From: Escherichia coli
Lineage (GTDB): Bacteria; Pseudomonadota; Gammaproteobacteria; Enterobacterales; Enterobacteriaceae
Length of the DNA: 64,000 nt
Assembly (NCBI RefSeq): GCF_003018255.1
Contig: NZ_CP027440.1
Strand: one strand, 5' to 3'
The position numbers and the translations under genes were made by a program. Shown here in pieces: positions 45,249 through 56,939 of this stretch. The notes beneath the pieces were generated by a model. The model ran no database searches and was not told where the DNA came from. It saw only the letters and a list, made by a program, of their open reading frames with translations. Every line of letters begins with the position of its first letter. Position 1 is the stretch's first letter.

Positions 45249-46613
45249 GTGATTAGTCTATTCGACATGTTTAAGGTGGGGATTGGTCCCTCATCTTCCC
45301 ATACCGTAGGGCCTATGAAGGCGGGTAAACAGTTCGTCGATGATCTGGTCGAAAAAGGCTTACTGGATAGCGTTACTCGCGTTGCCGTGGACGTTTATGG
45401 TTCACTGTCGCTGACGGGTAAAGGCCACCACACCGATATCGCCATTATTATGGGTCTTGCAGGTAACGAACCTGCCACCGTGGATATCGACAGTATTCCC
45501 GGTTTTATTCGCGACGTAGAAGAGCGCGAACGTCTGCTGCTGGCACAGGGACGGCATGAAGTGGATTTCCCGCGCGACAACGGGATGCGTTTTCATAACG
45601 GCAACCTGCCGCTGCATGAAAACGGTATGCAAATCCACGCCTATAATGGCGATGAAGTCGTCTACAGCAAAACTTATTATTCCATCGGCGGCGGTTTTAT
45701 CGTCGATGAAGAACACTTTGGTCAGGATGCCGCCAACGAAGTGAGCGTGCCGTATCCGTTCAAATCTGCCACCGAACTGCTCGCGTACTGTAATGAAACC
45801 GGCTATTCGCTGTCTGGTCTCGCCATGCAGAACGAACTGGCGCTGCACAGCAAGAAAGAGATCGACGAGTATTTCGCTCATGTCTGGCAAACCATGCAGG
45901 CATGTATCGATCGCGGGATGAATACCGAAGGCGTACTGCCAGGCCCGCTGCGCGTGCCGCGTCGTGCGTCGGCCCTGCGCCGGATGTTAGTTTCCAGCGA
46001 TAAACTGTCTAACGATCCGATGAATGTCATTGACTGGGTAAACATGTTTGCGCTGGCAGTTAACGAAGAAAACGCCGCCGGTGGTCGTGTGGTAACTGCG
46101 CCAACCAACGGTGCCTGCGGTATCGTTCCGGCAGTGCTGGCTTACTATGACCACTTTATTGAATCGGTCAGCCCGGACATCTATACCCGTTACTTTATGG
46201 CAGCGGGCGCGATTGGTGCATTGTATAAAATGAACGCCTCTATTTCCGGTGCGGAAGTTGGTTGCCAGGGCGAAGTGGGTGTTGCCTGTTCAATGGCTGC
46301 TGCGGGTCTTGCAGAACTGCTGGGCGGTAGCCCGGAACAGGTTTGCGTGGCGGCGGAAATTGGCATGGAACACAACCTTGGTTTAACCTGCGACCCGGTT
46401 GCAGGGCAGGTTCAGGTGCCGTGCATTGAGCGTAATGCCATTGCCTCTGTGAAGGCGATTAACGCCGCACGGATGGCTCTGCGCCGCACCAGTGCACCGC
46501 GCGTCTCGCTGGATAAGGTCATCGAAACGATGTACGAAACCGGTAAGGACATGAACGCCAAATACCGCGAAACCTCACGCGGTGGTCTGGCAATCAAAGT
46601 CCAGTGTGACTAA
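45249..46613 (+). CDS. sdaA: L-serine dehydratase 1 (Fe-S)
   Basis: 454-aa ORF, GTG start. Confidence 0.95.
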   Translation: MISLFDMFKVGIGPSSSHTVGPMKAGKQFVDDLVEKGLLDSVTRVAVDVYGSLSLTGKGHHTDIAIIMGLAGNEPATVDIDSIPGFIRDVEERERLLLAQGRHEVDFPRDNGMRFHNGNLPLHENGMQIHAYNGDEVVYSKTYYSIGGGFIVDEEHFGQDAANEVSVPYPFKSATELLAYCNETGYSLSGLAMQNELALHSKKEIDEYFAHVWQTMQACIDRGMNTEGVLPGPLRVPRRASALRRMLVSSDKLSNDPMNVIDWVNMFALAVNEENAAGGRVVTAPTNGACGIVPAVLAYYDHFIESVSPDIYTRYFMAAGAIGALYKMNASISGAEVGCQGEVGVACSMAAAGLAELLGGSPEQVCVAAEIGMEHNLGLTCDPVAGQVQVPCIERNAIASVKAINAARMALRRTSAPRVSLDKVIETMYETGKDMNAKYRETSRGGLAIKVQCD

Positions 46614-46623
46614 TACTTCCTAC

Positions 46624-46655
46624 TCGCCCATCTGCAACGGATGGGCGAATTTATC
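46624..46655 (+). terminator. Probable terminator of sdaA
   Basis: tcgcccatc-tgcaacg-gatgggcga followed by a weak T-tract. Confidence 0.45.
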
Positions 46656-46743
46656 CCCGCTTTCTCGTCTGCTGTAATATTCCCCACTACACTTCCACTG
46701 TTGCGTCAGGCGTTTGTCGCCATACGCTTACAGGGTGGCCCGC

Positions 46744-48342
46744 ATGCAAAAAGCACAACGGATCATTAAAACCTATCGCCGTAATCGAATGATTGTTTGT
46801 ACGATTTGCGCACTCGTTACGCTCGCTTCGACCCTGAGCGTGCGATTTATTTCACAGCGTAACTTAAATCAACAACGGGTAGTACAATTCGCCAATCACG
46901 CTGTAGAGGAATTAGATAAAGTACTGCTTCCCCTACAGGCAGGTAGCGAAGTCTTGCTTCCGCTGATTGGTCTGCCCTGCTCTGTCGCCCATTTGCCATT
47001 ACGTAAACAGGCGGCAAAACTCCAAACTGTGCGATCCATTGGCCTGGTGCAAGACGGCACACTTTATTGCTCCAGCATTTTTGGTTATCGCAATGTGCCC
47101 GTCGTGGACATTCTGGCTGAACTTCCTGCACCGCAACCACTTTTACGCCTGACGATCGACCGTGCCCTGATTAAAGGCAGTCCGGTTTTGATTCAATGGA
47201 CACCTTCAGCGGGCAGTAGCAATGCTGGGGTCATGGAGATGATTAACATCGACTTACTGACGGCAATGCTCCTTGAGCCACAACTGCCGCAAATCAGTAG
47301 CGCCAGCCTGACGGTGGGCAAACGGCATTTGCTCTATGGTAATGGGCTGGTAGATTCCCTTCCGCAACCTGAAGACAATGAAAACTATCAGGTTTCTTCG
47401 CAACGCTTTCCTTTTACCATTAACGTTAATGGTCCGGGGGCTACGGCGCTGGCATGGCACTATCTTCCAACACAATTACCGCTGGCGGTGCTGCTAAGTT
47501 TACTGGTGGGCTATATCGCCTGGCTGGCGACCGCTTACCGAATGAGCTTTTCCCGCGAAATCAATCTGGGCCTGGCGCAACATGAGTTCGAATTGTTCTG
47601 TCAGCCTTTGCTTAATGCGCACAGCCAGCAATGTATTGGTGTAGAGATTTTGCTGCGCTGGAACAATCCGCGTCAGGGCTGGATTTCACCGGATGTGTTT
47701 ATTCCTATCGCGGAAGAACATCATTTAATTGTGCCACTGACCCGCTATGTGATGGCAGAAACCATTCGTCAGCGCCATGTTTTCCCAATGAGTAGTCAGT
47801 TTCATGTTGGCATTAACGTCGCACCCAGTCATTTTCGCCGTGGTGTGCTGATAAAAGATCTCAATCAGTACTGGTTTAGCGCTCACCCGATTCAGCAACT
47901 GATCCTCGAAATCACCGAACGCGATGCCTTACTGGATGTTGATTATCGGATTGCCCGCGAGCTGCATCGTAAAAACGTCAAACTGGCGATTGATGACTTC
48001 GGCACCGGCAACAGTTCGTTTTCCTGGCTTGAAACATTACGTCCTGACGTGCTGAAAATTGATAAGTCATTTACCGCAGCTATAGGTTCTGACGCGGTTA
48101 ACTCGACGGTGACCGATATCATCATCGCGCTGGGGCAAAGACTGAATATTGAACTGGTGGCGGAGGGCGTGGAAACGCAAGAACAGGCGAAGTATTTGCG
48201 CCGTCATGGCGTGCATATTTTGCAAGGGTATTTGTACGCACAGCCGATGCCGCTACGTGATTTTCCCAAATGGCTGGCGGGCAGCCAACCGCCGCCCGCC
48301 CGGCATAATGGACATATCACACCCATTATGCCGTTACGTTAA
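46744..48342 (+). CDS. pdeD: c-di-GMP phosphodiesterase PdeD (CSS + EAL domains)
   Basis: Start at MQKAQRIIKTYRRN gives 532 aa; EAL-domain motifs. Confidence 0.9.
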   Translation: MQKAQRIIKTYRRNRMIVCTICALVTLASTLSVRFISQRNLNQQRVVQFANHAVEELDKVLLPLQAGSEVLLPLIGLPCSVAHLPLRKQAAKLQTVRSIGLVQDGTLYCSSIFGYRNVPVVDILAELPAPQPLLRLTIDRALIKGSPVLIQWTPSAGSSNAGVMEMINIDLLTAMLLEPQLPQISSASLTVGKRHLLYGNGLVDSLPQPEDNENYQVSSQRFPFTINVNGPGATALAWHYLPTQLPLAVLLSLLVGYIAWLATAYRMSFSREINLGLAQHEFELFCQPLLNAHSQQCIGVEILLRWNNPRQGWISPDVFIPIAEEHHLIVPLTRYVMAETIRQRHVFPMSSQFHVGINVAPSHFRRGVLIKDLNQYWFSAHPIQQLILEITERDALLDVDYRIARELHRKNVKLAIDDFGTGNSSFSWLETLRPDVLKIDKSFTAAIGSDAVNSTVTDIIIALGQRLNIELVAEGVETQEQAKYLRRHGVHILQGYLYAQPMPLRDFPKWLAGSQPPPARHNGHITPIMPLR

Positions 48343-48345
48343 CGC

Positions 48346-49902
48346 TTACTCATCTTCATCGTGCACCGGTTGCTCTTTAACAATGCGAACCAGATCAACA
48401 CGATAATCATTGGCTTCAATGATGGTGATATGCAGTGGCCCTACATCAATCACATCGCCCACACGGGGAATGTGACCATTTGCCGAGATCACGAGGCCCG
48501 CGACCGTCGCGATATCATCGTCATCGGCAAGGTGCTCAACATCAAGCGCCTGCTGCAAGGCATGCAAATCTGTACCGCCTTTTACCAGCCAGCCGTCACC
48601 ATCGGTAATGATTTCCGGCGTTTCGTCTGCGTCCGGGAATTCACCCGCAATGGCTTCCAGCACATCCAGCGGCGTGACCAGACCTTGTACCACACCAAAC
48701 TCGTTGGTCACGATAACAAAGCTCCCGCGAGCACGACGCAGCACGCCCAGCAGGTTGATCGGGTCAAGGGTTTCCGGAACGATAATTGCCGGAGACGCCG
48801 AAGCTATCGCCGCCACATCAACGCCCTCTTCCAGCGCCACCAGCAGTTCTTTAGCACGTACGATACCGATGATTTCATCCAGTTCACCGCGACATACCGG
48901 GAACAGACTGTGCGGTGAGGAGAGCAGCTGCTCGCGGATTTCATCGACCCCGAGATTAGCGTCAACCCAGCTTATTTCACCGCGCGGCGTCATGATCCCG
49001 CGCAGAGAACGCGACGCCAGCGTCAATACGCCGTTAATCATGTAACGTTCTTCTTCGGCAAACGCACCTTCCGGGATCGGCATCGGCATCGGGTTATCGG
49101 CATCGTGCTGAACATTGGCCTGACGTTTCCCGCCCATCAAACGCAGGATGGCATCGGCAGTACGCGCACGCAGCGGCAAAGTCGACTGGTGACGAATAAA
49201 GTTGCGACGCGCAATCTGGTTAAACACTTCGATGATGATCGAGAAGCCAATCGCGGCATACAGGTAACCTTTCGGAATGTGGAAACCGAAACCTTCTGCC
49301 ACCAGACTCAGACCTATCATTAACAGGAAGCTCAGACAGAGCACCACCACCGTTGGATGCTGGTTAACAAATCGCGTCAGCGGTTTCGATGCCAGCAGCA
49401 TAACCGCCATCGCAATCACTACCGCCGCCATCATCACCGGCAGATGGTTAACCATCCCTACTGCCGTAATTACCGCATCCAATGAGAAGACGGCGTCAAG
49501 GATGACAATCTGTGTGACGACCACCCAGAAACTGGCGTAGCCTTTACCGTGGCCGGAATCATGATCGCGGTTTTCCAGCCGTTCATGCAGTTCGGTTGTT
49601 GCTTTGAACAGCAAGAATATCCCCCCGAACAACATAATCAGGTCGCGTCCGGAGAAGGAGAAATCCATGACGGTAAATAGCGGTTTGGTCAGCGTGACCA
49701 TCCATGAAATCAGCGACAGCAGCCCCAGACGCATAATCAGCGCCAGTGATAATCCCAGCAAACGCGCTTTATCGCGTTGTTTTGGCGGCAGTTTGTCAGC
49801 AAGAATGGCGATGAAGACCAGGTTATCGATACCCAGCACAATTTCGAGAACAACAAGCGTGAGTAGCCCCGCCCAAATTGAGGGGTCCATTAAGAATTCC
49901 AT
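48346..49902 (-). CDS. yoaE: TerC + CBS/CorC-domain membrane protein YoaE
   Basis: 518-aa ORF. Confidence 0.9.
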
Positions 49903-50194
49903 GACAAGCTCCTGCTTAAGGAATAGCTATTCGACGCCAGAAATAATGCAGGCGTAACGACAAAATGCAAACGAAAGGTGCGGCATAGAGTGCCAGAAAG
50001 ACAGGCGTTAAAAGGCCTGATGCTGAAATGACGTCGGTGACGATCCATACTGCGGGCTACTGCCCTATACTCCATGGTTGTTAAACGGGAGTTAAACATA
50101 TCAGAGACGCCTCTGATTTGGCAAAGATTTACCTTCCTTTGCAAACGAATGTGACAAGGATATTTTACCTTTCGAAATTTCTGCTAATCGAAAG

Positions 50195-50265
50195 TTAAAT
50201 TACGGATCTTCATCACATAAAATAATTTTTTCGATATCTAAAATAAATCGCGAAACGCAGGGGTT
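50195..50265 (+). promoter_or_regulatory. manX promoter region with candidate CRP half-site (TCACA) and Mlc-like AT-rich TCGCGA box
   Basis: ttacggatcttcatcacataa and aaataaatcgcgaaacgc about 100-170 nt upstream of the manX GTG; assignment from known man regulation, not verified. Confidence 0.35.
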
Positions 50266-50364
50266 TTTGGTTGTAGCCCTTATCTGAATCGATTCGATTG
50301 TGGACGACGATTCAAAAATACATCTGGCACGTTGAGGTGTTAACGATAATAAAGGAGGTAGCAA

Positions 50365-51336
50365 GTGACCATTGCTATTGTTATAGGCACACATGGTTGG
50401 GCTGCAGAGCAGTTGCTTAAAACCGCAGAAATGCTGTTAGGCGAGCAGGAAAACGTCGGCTGGATCGATTTCGTTCCAGGTGAAAATGCCGAAACGCTGA
50501 TTGAAAAGTACAACGCTCAGTTGGCAAAACTCGACACCACTAAAGGCGTGCTGTTTCTCGTTGATACATGGGGAGGCAGCCCGTTCAATGCTGCCAGCCG
50601 CATTGTCGTCGACAAAGAGCATTATGAAGTCATTGCAGGCGTTAACATTCCAATGCTCGTGGAAACGTTAATGGCCCGTGATGATGACCCAAGCTTTGAT
50701 GAACTGGTGGCGCTGGCAGTAGAAACAGGCCGTGAAGGCGTGAAAGCACTGAAAGCCAAACCGGTTGAAAAAGCCGCGCCAGCACCCGCTGCCGCAGCAC
50801 CAAAAGCGACTCCAACTCCGGCAAAACCAATGGGACCAAACGACTACATGGTTATTGGCCTTGCGCGTATCGACGACCGTCTGATTCACGGTCAGGTCGC
50901 CACCCGCTGGACCAAAGAAACCAATGTCTCCCGTATTATTGTTGTTAGTGATGAAGTGGCTGCGGATACCGTTCGTAAGACACTGCTCACCCAGGTTGCA
51001 CCTCCGGGCGTAACAGCACACGTAGTTGATGTTGCCAAAATGATTCGCGTCTACAACAACCCGAAATATGCTGGCGAACGCGTAATGCTGTTATTTACCA
51101 ACCCAACAGATGTAGAGCGTCTCGTTGAAGGCGGCGTGAAAATCACCTCTGTTAACGTCGGTGGTATGGCATTCCGTCAGGGTAAAACCCAGGTGAATAA
51201 CGCGGTTTCGGTTGATGAAAAAGATATCGAGGCGTTCAAGAAACTGAATGCGCGCGGTATTGAGCTGGAAGTCCGTAAGGTTTCCACCGATCCGAAACTG
51301 AAAATGATGGATCTGATCAGCAAAATCGATAAGTAA
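50365..51336 (+). CDS. manX: PTS mannose transporter EIIAB
   Basis: 323-aa ORF, GTG start, Ala/Pro-rich linker. Confidence 0.95.
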   Translation: MTIAIVIGTHGWAAEQLLKTAEMLLGEQENVGWIDFVPGENAETLIEKYNAQLAKLDTTKGVLFLVDTWGGSPFNAASRIVVDKEHYEVIAGVNIPMLVETLMARDDDPSFDELVALAVETGREGVKALKAKPVEKAAPAPAAAAPKATPTPAKPMGPNDYMVIGLARIDDRLIHGQVATRWTKETNVSRIIVVSDEVAADTVRKTLLTQVAPPGVTAHVVDVAKMIRVYNNPKYAGERVMLLFTNPTDVERLVEGGVKITSVNVGGMAFRQGKTQVNNAVSVDEKDIEAFKKLNARGIELEVRKVSTDPKLKMMDLISKIDK

Positions 51337-51398
51337 CGTATTGTGTTGATTATCACTCAGTTTTCACACTTAAGTCTTACGTAAACAGGAGAAGTACA

Positions 51399-52199
51399 AT
51401 GGAGATTACCACTCTTCAAATTGTGCTGGTATTTATCGTAGCCTGTATCGCAGGTATGGGATCAATCCTCGATGAATTTCAGTTTCACCGTCCGCTAATC
51501 GCGTGTACCCTGGTGGGTATCGTTCTTGGCGATATGAAAACCGGTATTATTATCGGTGGTACGCTGGAAATGATCGCGCTGGGCTGGATGAACATCGGTG
51601 CTGCAGTTGCGCCTGACGCCGCTCTGGCTTCCATCATTTCTACTATTCTGGTTATCGCAGGTCATCAGAGCATTGGTGCAGGTATCGCACTGGCAATCCC
51701 TCTGGCCGCTGCGGGCCAGGTACTGACCATCATCGTTCGTACTATTACCGTTGCTTTCCAGCACGCTGCGGATAAGGCTGCTGATAACGGCAACCTGACA
51801 GCGATTTCCTGGATCCACGTTTCTTCTCTGTTCCTGCAAGCAATGCGTGTGGCTATTCCGGCCGTCATCGTTGCGCTGTCTGTTGGTACCAGCGAAGTAC
51901 AGAACATGCTGAACGCGATTCCGGAAGTGGTGACCAATGGTCTGAATATCGCCGGTGGCATGATCGTGGTGGTTGGTTATGCGATGGTTATCAACATGAT
52001 GCGTGCTGGCTACCTGATGCCGTTCTTCTACCTCGGCTTCGTAACCGCAGCATTCACCAACTTTAACCTGGTTGCTCTGGGTGTGATTGGTACTGTTATG
52101 GCAGTGCTCTACATCCAACTTAGCCCGAAATACAACCGCGTGGCCGGTGCGCCTGCTCAGGCAGCTGGTAACAACGATCTCGATAACGAACTGGACTAA
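51399..52199 (+). CDS. manY: PTS mannose transporter EIIC
   Basis: 266-aa membrane ORF. Confidence 0.95.
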   Translation: MEITTLQIVLVFIVACIAGMGSILDEFQFHRPLIACTLVGIVLGDMKTGIIIGGTLEMIALGWMNIGAAVAPDAALASIISTILVIAGHQSIGAGIALAIPLAAAGQVLTIIVRTITVAFQHAADKAADNGNLTAISWIHVSSLFLQAMRVAIPAVIVALSVGTSEVQNMLNAIPEVVTNGLNIAGGMIVVVGYAMVINMMRAGYLMPFFYLGFVTAAFTNFNLVALGVIGTVMAVLYIQLSPKYNRVAGAPAQAAGNNDLDNELD

Positions 52200-52202
52200 C
52201 AG

Positions 52203-53063
52203 GTGAGCGAAATGGTTGATACAACTCAAACTACCACCGAGAAAAAACTCACTCAAAGTGATATTCGTGGCGTCTTCCTGCGTTCTAACCTCTTCCAGGG
52301 TTCATGGAACTTCGAACGTATGCAGGCACTGGGTTTCTGCTTCTCTATGGTACCGGCAATTCGTCGACTCTACCCTGAGAACAACGAAGCTCGTAAACAA
52401 GCTATTCGCCGTCACCTGGAGTTCTTTAACACCCAGCCGTTCGTGGCTGCGCCGATTCTCGGCGTAACCCTGGCGCTGGAAGAACAGCGTGCTAATGGCG
52501 CAGAGATCGATGACGGTGCTATCAACGGTATCAAAGTCGGTTTGATGGGGCCGCTGGCTGGTGTAGGCGACCCGATCTTCTGGGGAACCGTACGTCCGGT
52601 ATTTGCAGCACTGGGGGCCGGTATCGCAATGAGCGGCAGCCTGTTAGGTCCGCTGCTGTTCTTCATCTTGTTTAACCTGGTGCGTCTGGCAACCCGTTAC
52701 TACGGCGTAGCGTATGGTTACTCCAAAGGTATCGATATCGTTAAAGATATGGGTGGTGGCTTCCTGCAAAAACTGACGGAAGGGGCGTCTATCCTCGGCC
52801 TGTTTGTCATGGGGGCATTGGTTAACAAGTGGACACATGTCAACATCCCGCTGGTGGTCTCTCGCATTACTGACCAGACGGGCAAAGAACACGTTACCAC
52901 TGTCCAGACTATTCTGGACCAGTTAATGCCAGGCCTGGTACCACTGCTGCTGACCTTTGCTTGTATGTGGCTACTGCGCAAAAAAGTTAACCCGCTGTGG
53001 ATCATCGTTGGCTTCTTCGTCATCGGTATCGCTGGTTACGCTTGCGGCCTGCTGGGACTGTAA
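52203..53063 (+). CDS. manZ: PTS mannose transporter EIID
   Basis: 286-aa membrane ORF (start may be 3 codons downstream at MVDTTQ). Confidence 0.93.
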   Translation: MSEMVDTTQTTTEKKLTQSDIRGVFLRSNLFQGSWNFERMQALGFCFSMVPAIRRLYPENNEARKQAIRRHLEFFNTQPFVAAPILGVTLALEEQRANGAEIDDGAINGIKVGLMGPLAGVGDPIFWGTVRPVFAALGAGIAMSGSLLGPLLFFILFNLVRLATRYYGVAYGYSKGIDIVKDMGGGFLQKLTEGASILGLFVMGALVNKWTHVNIPLVVSRITDQTGKEHVTTVQTILDQLMPGLVPLLLTFACMWLLRKKVNPLWIIVGFFVIGIAGYACGLLGL

Positions 53064-53078
53064 GACTGTTGTACACTA

Positions 53079-53105
53079 CCGGGGCCTTTTGGCCCCGTTT
53101 TTTTA
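53079..53105 (+). terminator. Rho-independent terminator of the manXYZ operon
   Basis: ccggggcc-tttt-ggccccg followed by TTTTTTT. Confidence 0.85.
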
Positions 53106-53117
53106 TCTGGAGGATTA

Positions 53118-53576
53118 ATGACAATCACGGACCTGGTACTGATTCTTTTCATCGCCGCACTCCTGGCCTTCGCGATCTACGATCAGTTCATCATGCCCCG
53201 CCGTAACGGCCCCACTCTGCTGGCAATTCCTTTGCTCCGGCGTGGTCGCATCGATAGCGTTATCTTCGTCGGATTGATTGTCATTCTTATCTATAACAAC
53301 GTCACGAATCATGGCGCGCTAATAACAACATGGTTATTAAGTGCACTGGCTCTGATGGGTTTTTATATATTCTGGATCCGCGTTCCGAAGATCATCTTTA
53401 AACAAAAAGGTTTTTTCTTCGCCAATGTCTGGATTGAATATAGCCGAATCAAAGCGATGAACTTGTCGGAAGATGGCGTGTTGGTGATGCAATTAGAACA
53501 GCGTCGGCTGTTAATCCGCGTTCGAAATATCGACGATCTGGAAAAAATTTATAAGCTTCTCGTTTCAACTCAATAA
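53118..53576 (+). CDS. yobD: UPF0266 membrane protein YobD
   Basis: 152-aa ORF. Confidence 0.88.
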
Positions 53577-53764
53577 GTTATCAATTTAGCCAAAGCTATG
53601 TTTAGTGTATTTTTAATAATCAGACATAGCTTAGGCTATATTACCCCTTCCCTTATTTGTTATTTATTTTAACGTTTCATTGATATATAAATCTAAATGA
53701 AAATCGTTATCAATAAAGCAATGAAATAATATATTCCAACAGTTGTTTTATATTCTCAAAATAT

Positions 53765-53900
53765 GTTAAGGTTGCGCCCTCATTTGGGGAGTAGCCGATT
53801 TCCAGATTCCGGAAATGTACGTGTCAACATACTCGTTGCAAAACGTGGCACGTACGGACTGAACACTTTCAGTCAGGCGAGACCATATGCACATCAATCG
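53765..53900 (+). ncRNA. yybP-ykoY-type manganese riboswitch in the mntP leader
   Basis: Contains UUUGGGGAGUAG and GGCGAGACCA-like segments typical of the yybP-ykoY motif within the 5' leader of mntP. Confidence 0.55.
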
Positions 53901-54004
53901 CTATGCCTGCATGAACGCGAAAACCATCGCGGTTTGTCGTTCATGTATGCATGTTTGCTGGGGGCGATGATGTGTTTTATGGATACCCCGGTCAGGACGT
54001 TGTC

Positions 54005-54571
54005 ATGAATATCACTGCTACTATTCTTCTTGCGTTTGGTATGTCGATGGATGCATTTGCTGCATCAATCGGTAAAGGTGCCACCCTCCATAAACCGAAA
54101 TTTTCTGAAGCGTTGCGAACCGGCCTTATTTTTGGTGCTGTCGAAACCCTGACGCCGCTGATCGGCTGGGGAATGGGCATGTTAGCCAGCCGGTTTGTCC
54201 TTGAATGGAACCACTGGATTGCGTTTGTGCTGCTGATATTCCTCGGCGGGCGAATGATTATTGAGGGTTTTCGTGGCGCAGATGATGAAGATGAAGAGCC
54301 GCGCCGTCGACACGGTTTCTGGCTACTGGTAACCACCGCGATTGCCACCAGCCTGGATGCCATGGCTGTGGGTGTTGGTCTTGCTTTCCTTCAGGTCAAC
54401 ATTATCGCGACCGCATTGGCCATTGGTTGTGCAACCTTGATTATGTCGACATTAGGGATGATGGTTGGTCGCTTTATCGGCTCAATTATTGGGAAAAAAG
54501 CGGAAATTCTCGGCGGGCTGGTGCTGATCGGCATCGGCGTCCAGATCCTCTGGACGCACTTCCACGGTTAA
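54005..54571 (+). CDS. mntP: Manganese efflux pump MntP
   Basis: Start at [19 protein letters not shown] gives 188 aa. Confidence 0.9.
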   Translation: MNITATILLAFGMSMDAFAASIGKGATLHKPKFSEALRTGLIFGAVETLTPLIGWGMGMLASRFVLEWNHWIAFVLLIFLGGRMIIEGFRGADDEDEEPRRRHGFWLLVTTAIATSLDAMAVGVGLAFLQVNIIATALAIGCATLIMSTLGMMVGRFIGSIIGKKAEILGGLVLIGIGVQILWTHFHG

Positions 54572-55377
54572 TAAGAACGCTGCCAGAGGTGAATATTAAA
54601 GTCCGTCTGGCAGTCGAACACTTCTTTTGCTGCCAGTGTTTGCCAGACTTCTGGCTTCGCACGCCAGGCAAACGGCGTCATCTGCAATAATGCGACGGCT
54701 TCATCACCGCGAAGACGCATCGGATAACACAACTCATCACTCTGCTGTAATGTAAAACCTTCGAGTTGTTCTGCATGTGGTGCATGAAGATGTACTTCAT
54801 TGTAAATCAGCCCCTTCAGCTCCATCAAATGTCGCGGTCCCGGCGTGGCAGTAATGACCCAACCGCCAGGCTTCACTACTCGCGCTAATTCTTCTGCTTT
54901 ACACGGCGCGTAAATACGTATTATGGCGTCCATACTGGTATCGGAAAACGGCAAACGGTGGCTGGAAGCAACACAAAAAGTGACCTGCGGATAGCGTTTC
55001 GCCGCCGCTTTTATCGCAACCTTCGAAACATCCAGACCAAACGTGGTGATTTCGGGCAACGCATCGGCAAATGCGTGTGTGTAATACCCTTCACCACAGC
55101 CAATATCCAGCACCGCCGTGGCCTTTTCATCAAGCCGTTCCCGCAGTTGGGCGACAATTGCATCACGCAGCGGCTGATAATGTCCGGCATCTAAGAATGC
55201 GCGGCGTGCTTGCATCATTTCCGCGCTGTCGCCCGGATCACGAGACCGTTTATGCTGAACGGGCAGCAGATTGACATACCCTTCTTTCGCCATATCAAAC
55301 TGATGTCGCTGGGGACAGATATAGCTGTTTTTTTCACGCGAAAGAGGCTGATGGCAAAGTGGACAGGAAAACGACAT
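54568..55377 (-). CDS. rlmA: 23S rRNA m1G745 methyltransferase RlmA
   Basis: 269-aa ORF with N-terminal Cys4 zinc motif and SAM-binding GCGEGYY. Confidence 0.92.
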   Translation of the reverse strand: MSFSCPLCHQPLSREKNSYICPQRHQFDMAKEGYVNLLPVQHKRSRDPGDSAEMMQARRAFLDAGHYQPLRDAIVAQLRERLDEKATAVLDIGCGEGYYTHAFADALPEITTFGLDVSKVAIKAAAKRYPQVTFCVASSHRLPFSDTSMDAIIRIYAPCKAEELARVVKPGGWVITATPGPRHLMELKGLIYNEVHLHAPHAEQLEGFTLQQSDELCYPMRLRGDEAVALLQMTPFAWRAKPEVWQTLAAKEVFDCQTDFNIHLWQRSY

Positions 55378-55470
55378 GACAACTCCGGCAGGATACTAAA
55401 GGCCGCAAGTGTAACGCGAATCACGCGGCGGGCAAATATCCGAACGACTGGAGCGAAGATAAAGCAAAGT

Positions 55471-55497
55471 AAAAAGCCTCGCATTCGACGAGGCTTT
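55471..55497 (-). terminator. Rho-independent terminator of cspC
   Basis: On the minus strand: agcctcg-tcgaatg-cgaggct followed by TTTTT. Confidence 0.75.
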
Positions 55498-55542
55498 ATA
55501 GCGAGATTGAAGCGTATTCACACTTCAGATCAGTGGATTCGA

Positions 55543-55752
55543 TCAGATAGCTGTTACGTTAACAGCTGCCGGACCTTTCTGACCGTCCTGAATTTCGAAC
55601 TCAACGTTCTGACCTTCAGCCAGAGTTTTGAAACCATTACCCTGGATAGCAGAGAAGTGTACGAACACGTCTTTGCTGCCATCAGCCGGAGTAATGAAGC
55701 CAAAACCTTTAGACTCGTTGAACCACTTAACCTGACCTTTAATCTTTGCCAT
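55543..55752 (-). CDS. cspC: Cold-shock-domain protein CspC
   Basis: 69-aa ORF with RNP motifs KGFGFI and VFVHF. Confidence 0.95.
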
Positions 55753-55764
55753 TTGAAAAATTCC

Positions 55765-55908
55765 TTAGATTGTTTTCTTCGCCCGCAGGCATAACATAGA
55801 TAAAACTGACACATTACTGCATGAGGCACCAATATAAGGCTCGGCAGAGAAGCGGTATTCAACGTCAACGTGTTTACTCAGGACTTCTTTACTGAAAATG
55901 CCACACAT
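55765..55908 (-). CDS. yobF: Small protein YobF (47 aa)
   Basis: Minus-strand ATG..TAA encoding [47 protein letters not shown], 12 nt upstream of cspC. Confidence 0.7.
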
Positions 55909-56534
55909 AAACAGAACTGTACCTCGTTTAACCCGAAATCTGTTATCACATACAACGTTAATTATGGCAAGCCATTTTTAAACATGTCTCGATCAGACGC
56001 ACAAATCTCGATACGTCTTCCACTTTTTTTGCACACTTATGCAACGGAATACGCGCCGATATATCATTGTGCTTAACCTTGCCAGTTCAGGCAGATACTT
56101 AAACTGACGTATTTTCTAACATAGTTCAATAAGTTCAGTTGTTCCAGGCCAGTGGGAGAAGTTATTACATAGTGCGTGCAATATCACATTTTCTGCTATG
56201 CAATGAATAAAAAGTTATATCACTTTTTCTCATAAAACAGTCAGTTAACGGCTATCGATCACCCCAAAGAGAAGTCAATCGCCAAAGGTATTGTAAATTT
56301 AAAATAAGAAAAATTGATGAATGCGCAAAAAAATCAAGAGAGAAACGTTTCGCTAATAAATAATACCACGCTTAATCACAAATCCGATGTAAACATCCTA
56401 ATAAATTAATGGGCTAAATATCTTTTTCTGATATCCCGTTACGCAAATAAATAATATGATAATTATTTGAAGTCAGACCAGAGTTTTAATTTGAAGCAGT
56501 TGCACCATGACAGTGCGTATAATCAGGATGAATT

Positions 56535-56562
56535 GAGTAACCCTTCAACGACGGGGTTACTC
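56535..56562 (-). terminator. Hairpin downstream of yebO
   Basis: gagtaaccc-ttcaacgac-ggggttactc, 16 nt past the yebO stop; no clear T-tract. Confidence 0.4.
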
Positions 56563-56577
56563 AAGATTGAGGAAGGA

Positions 56578-56865
56578 TTATCGTTCGGCGACCAGACGAA
56601 TAATATCTTCGTCTTCAACCGATTTTTGACTCTCAACGGTCTTTTTATCTGCTTTCTCAGGTTCGTTTGCTTCGCACAAACGACGTAACAGAGCATTTTG
56701 ACGTTTTTGCTGATCCAGCAACGCCTCAAGCAGTTCAATCTGTTCGTTAGTCCGTGAACTGGCACGATTGATAAAAAACCACAAGATAAGCCCGATAAAA
56801 AGAACCACCACCGATACAACCAAAGACGCAATGTTCATCACGCCTGAATTTACAACTTCGTTCAT
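56578..56865 (-). CDS. yebO: Membrane protein YebO
   Basis: 95-aa ORF with N-terminal TM helix and charged coiled C-terminus. Confidence 0.85.
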   Translation of the reverse strand: MNEVVNSGVMNIASLVVSVVVLFIGLILWFFINRASSRTNEQIELLEALLDQQKRQNALLRRLCEANEPEKADKKTVESQKSVEDEDIIRLVAER

Positions 56866-56939
56866 TTCACCACCTCTGAGTAGAGGCGCTATTCTACCAC
56901 TGCTGGAGAGGAAGAAAATCTAGTGCTGAAAAAATGATA

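Noticed and set aside
51495-52256. 253-aa ORF antisense to manY, rich in His/Cys/Arg
   Set aside because: Fully overlapped by manY on the opposite strand; composition is the mirror of a hydrophobic membrane-protein gene, with no independent start or RBS context.
55210-55794. 194-aa plus-strand ORF spanning the rlmA start, the rlmA-cspC gap and cspC
   Set aside because: Overlaps two well-supported minus-strand genes and their terminator; implausible as a real gene.
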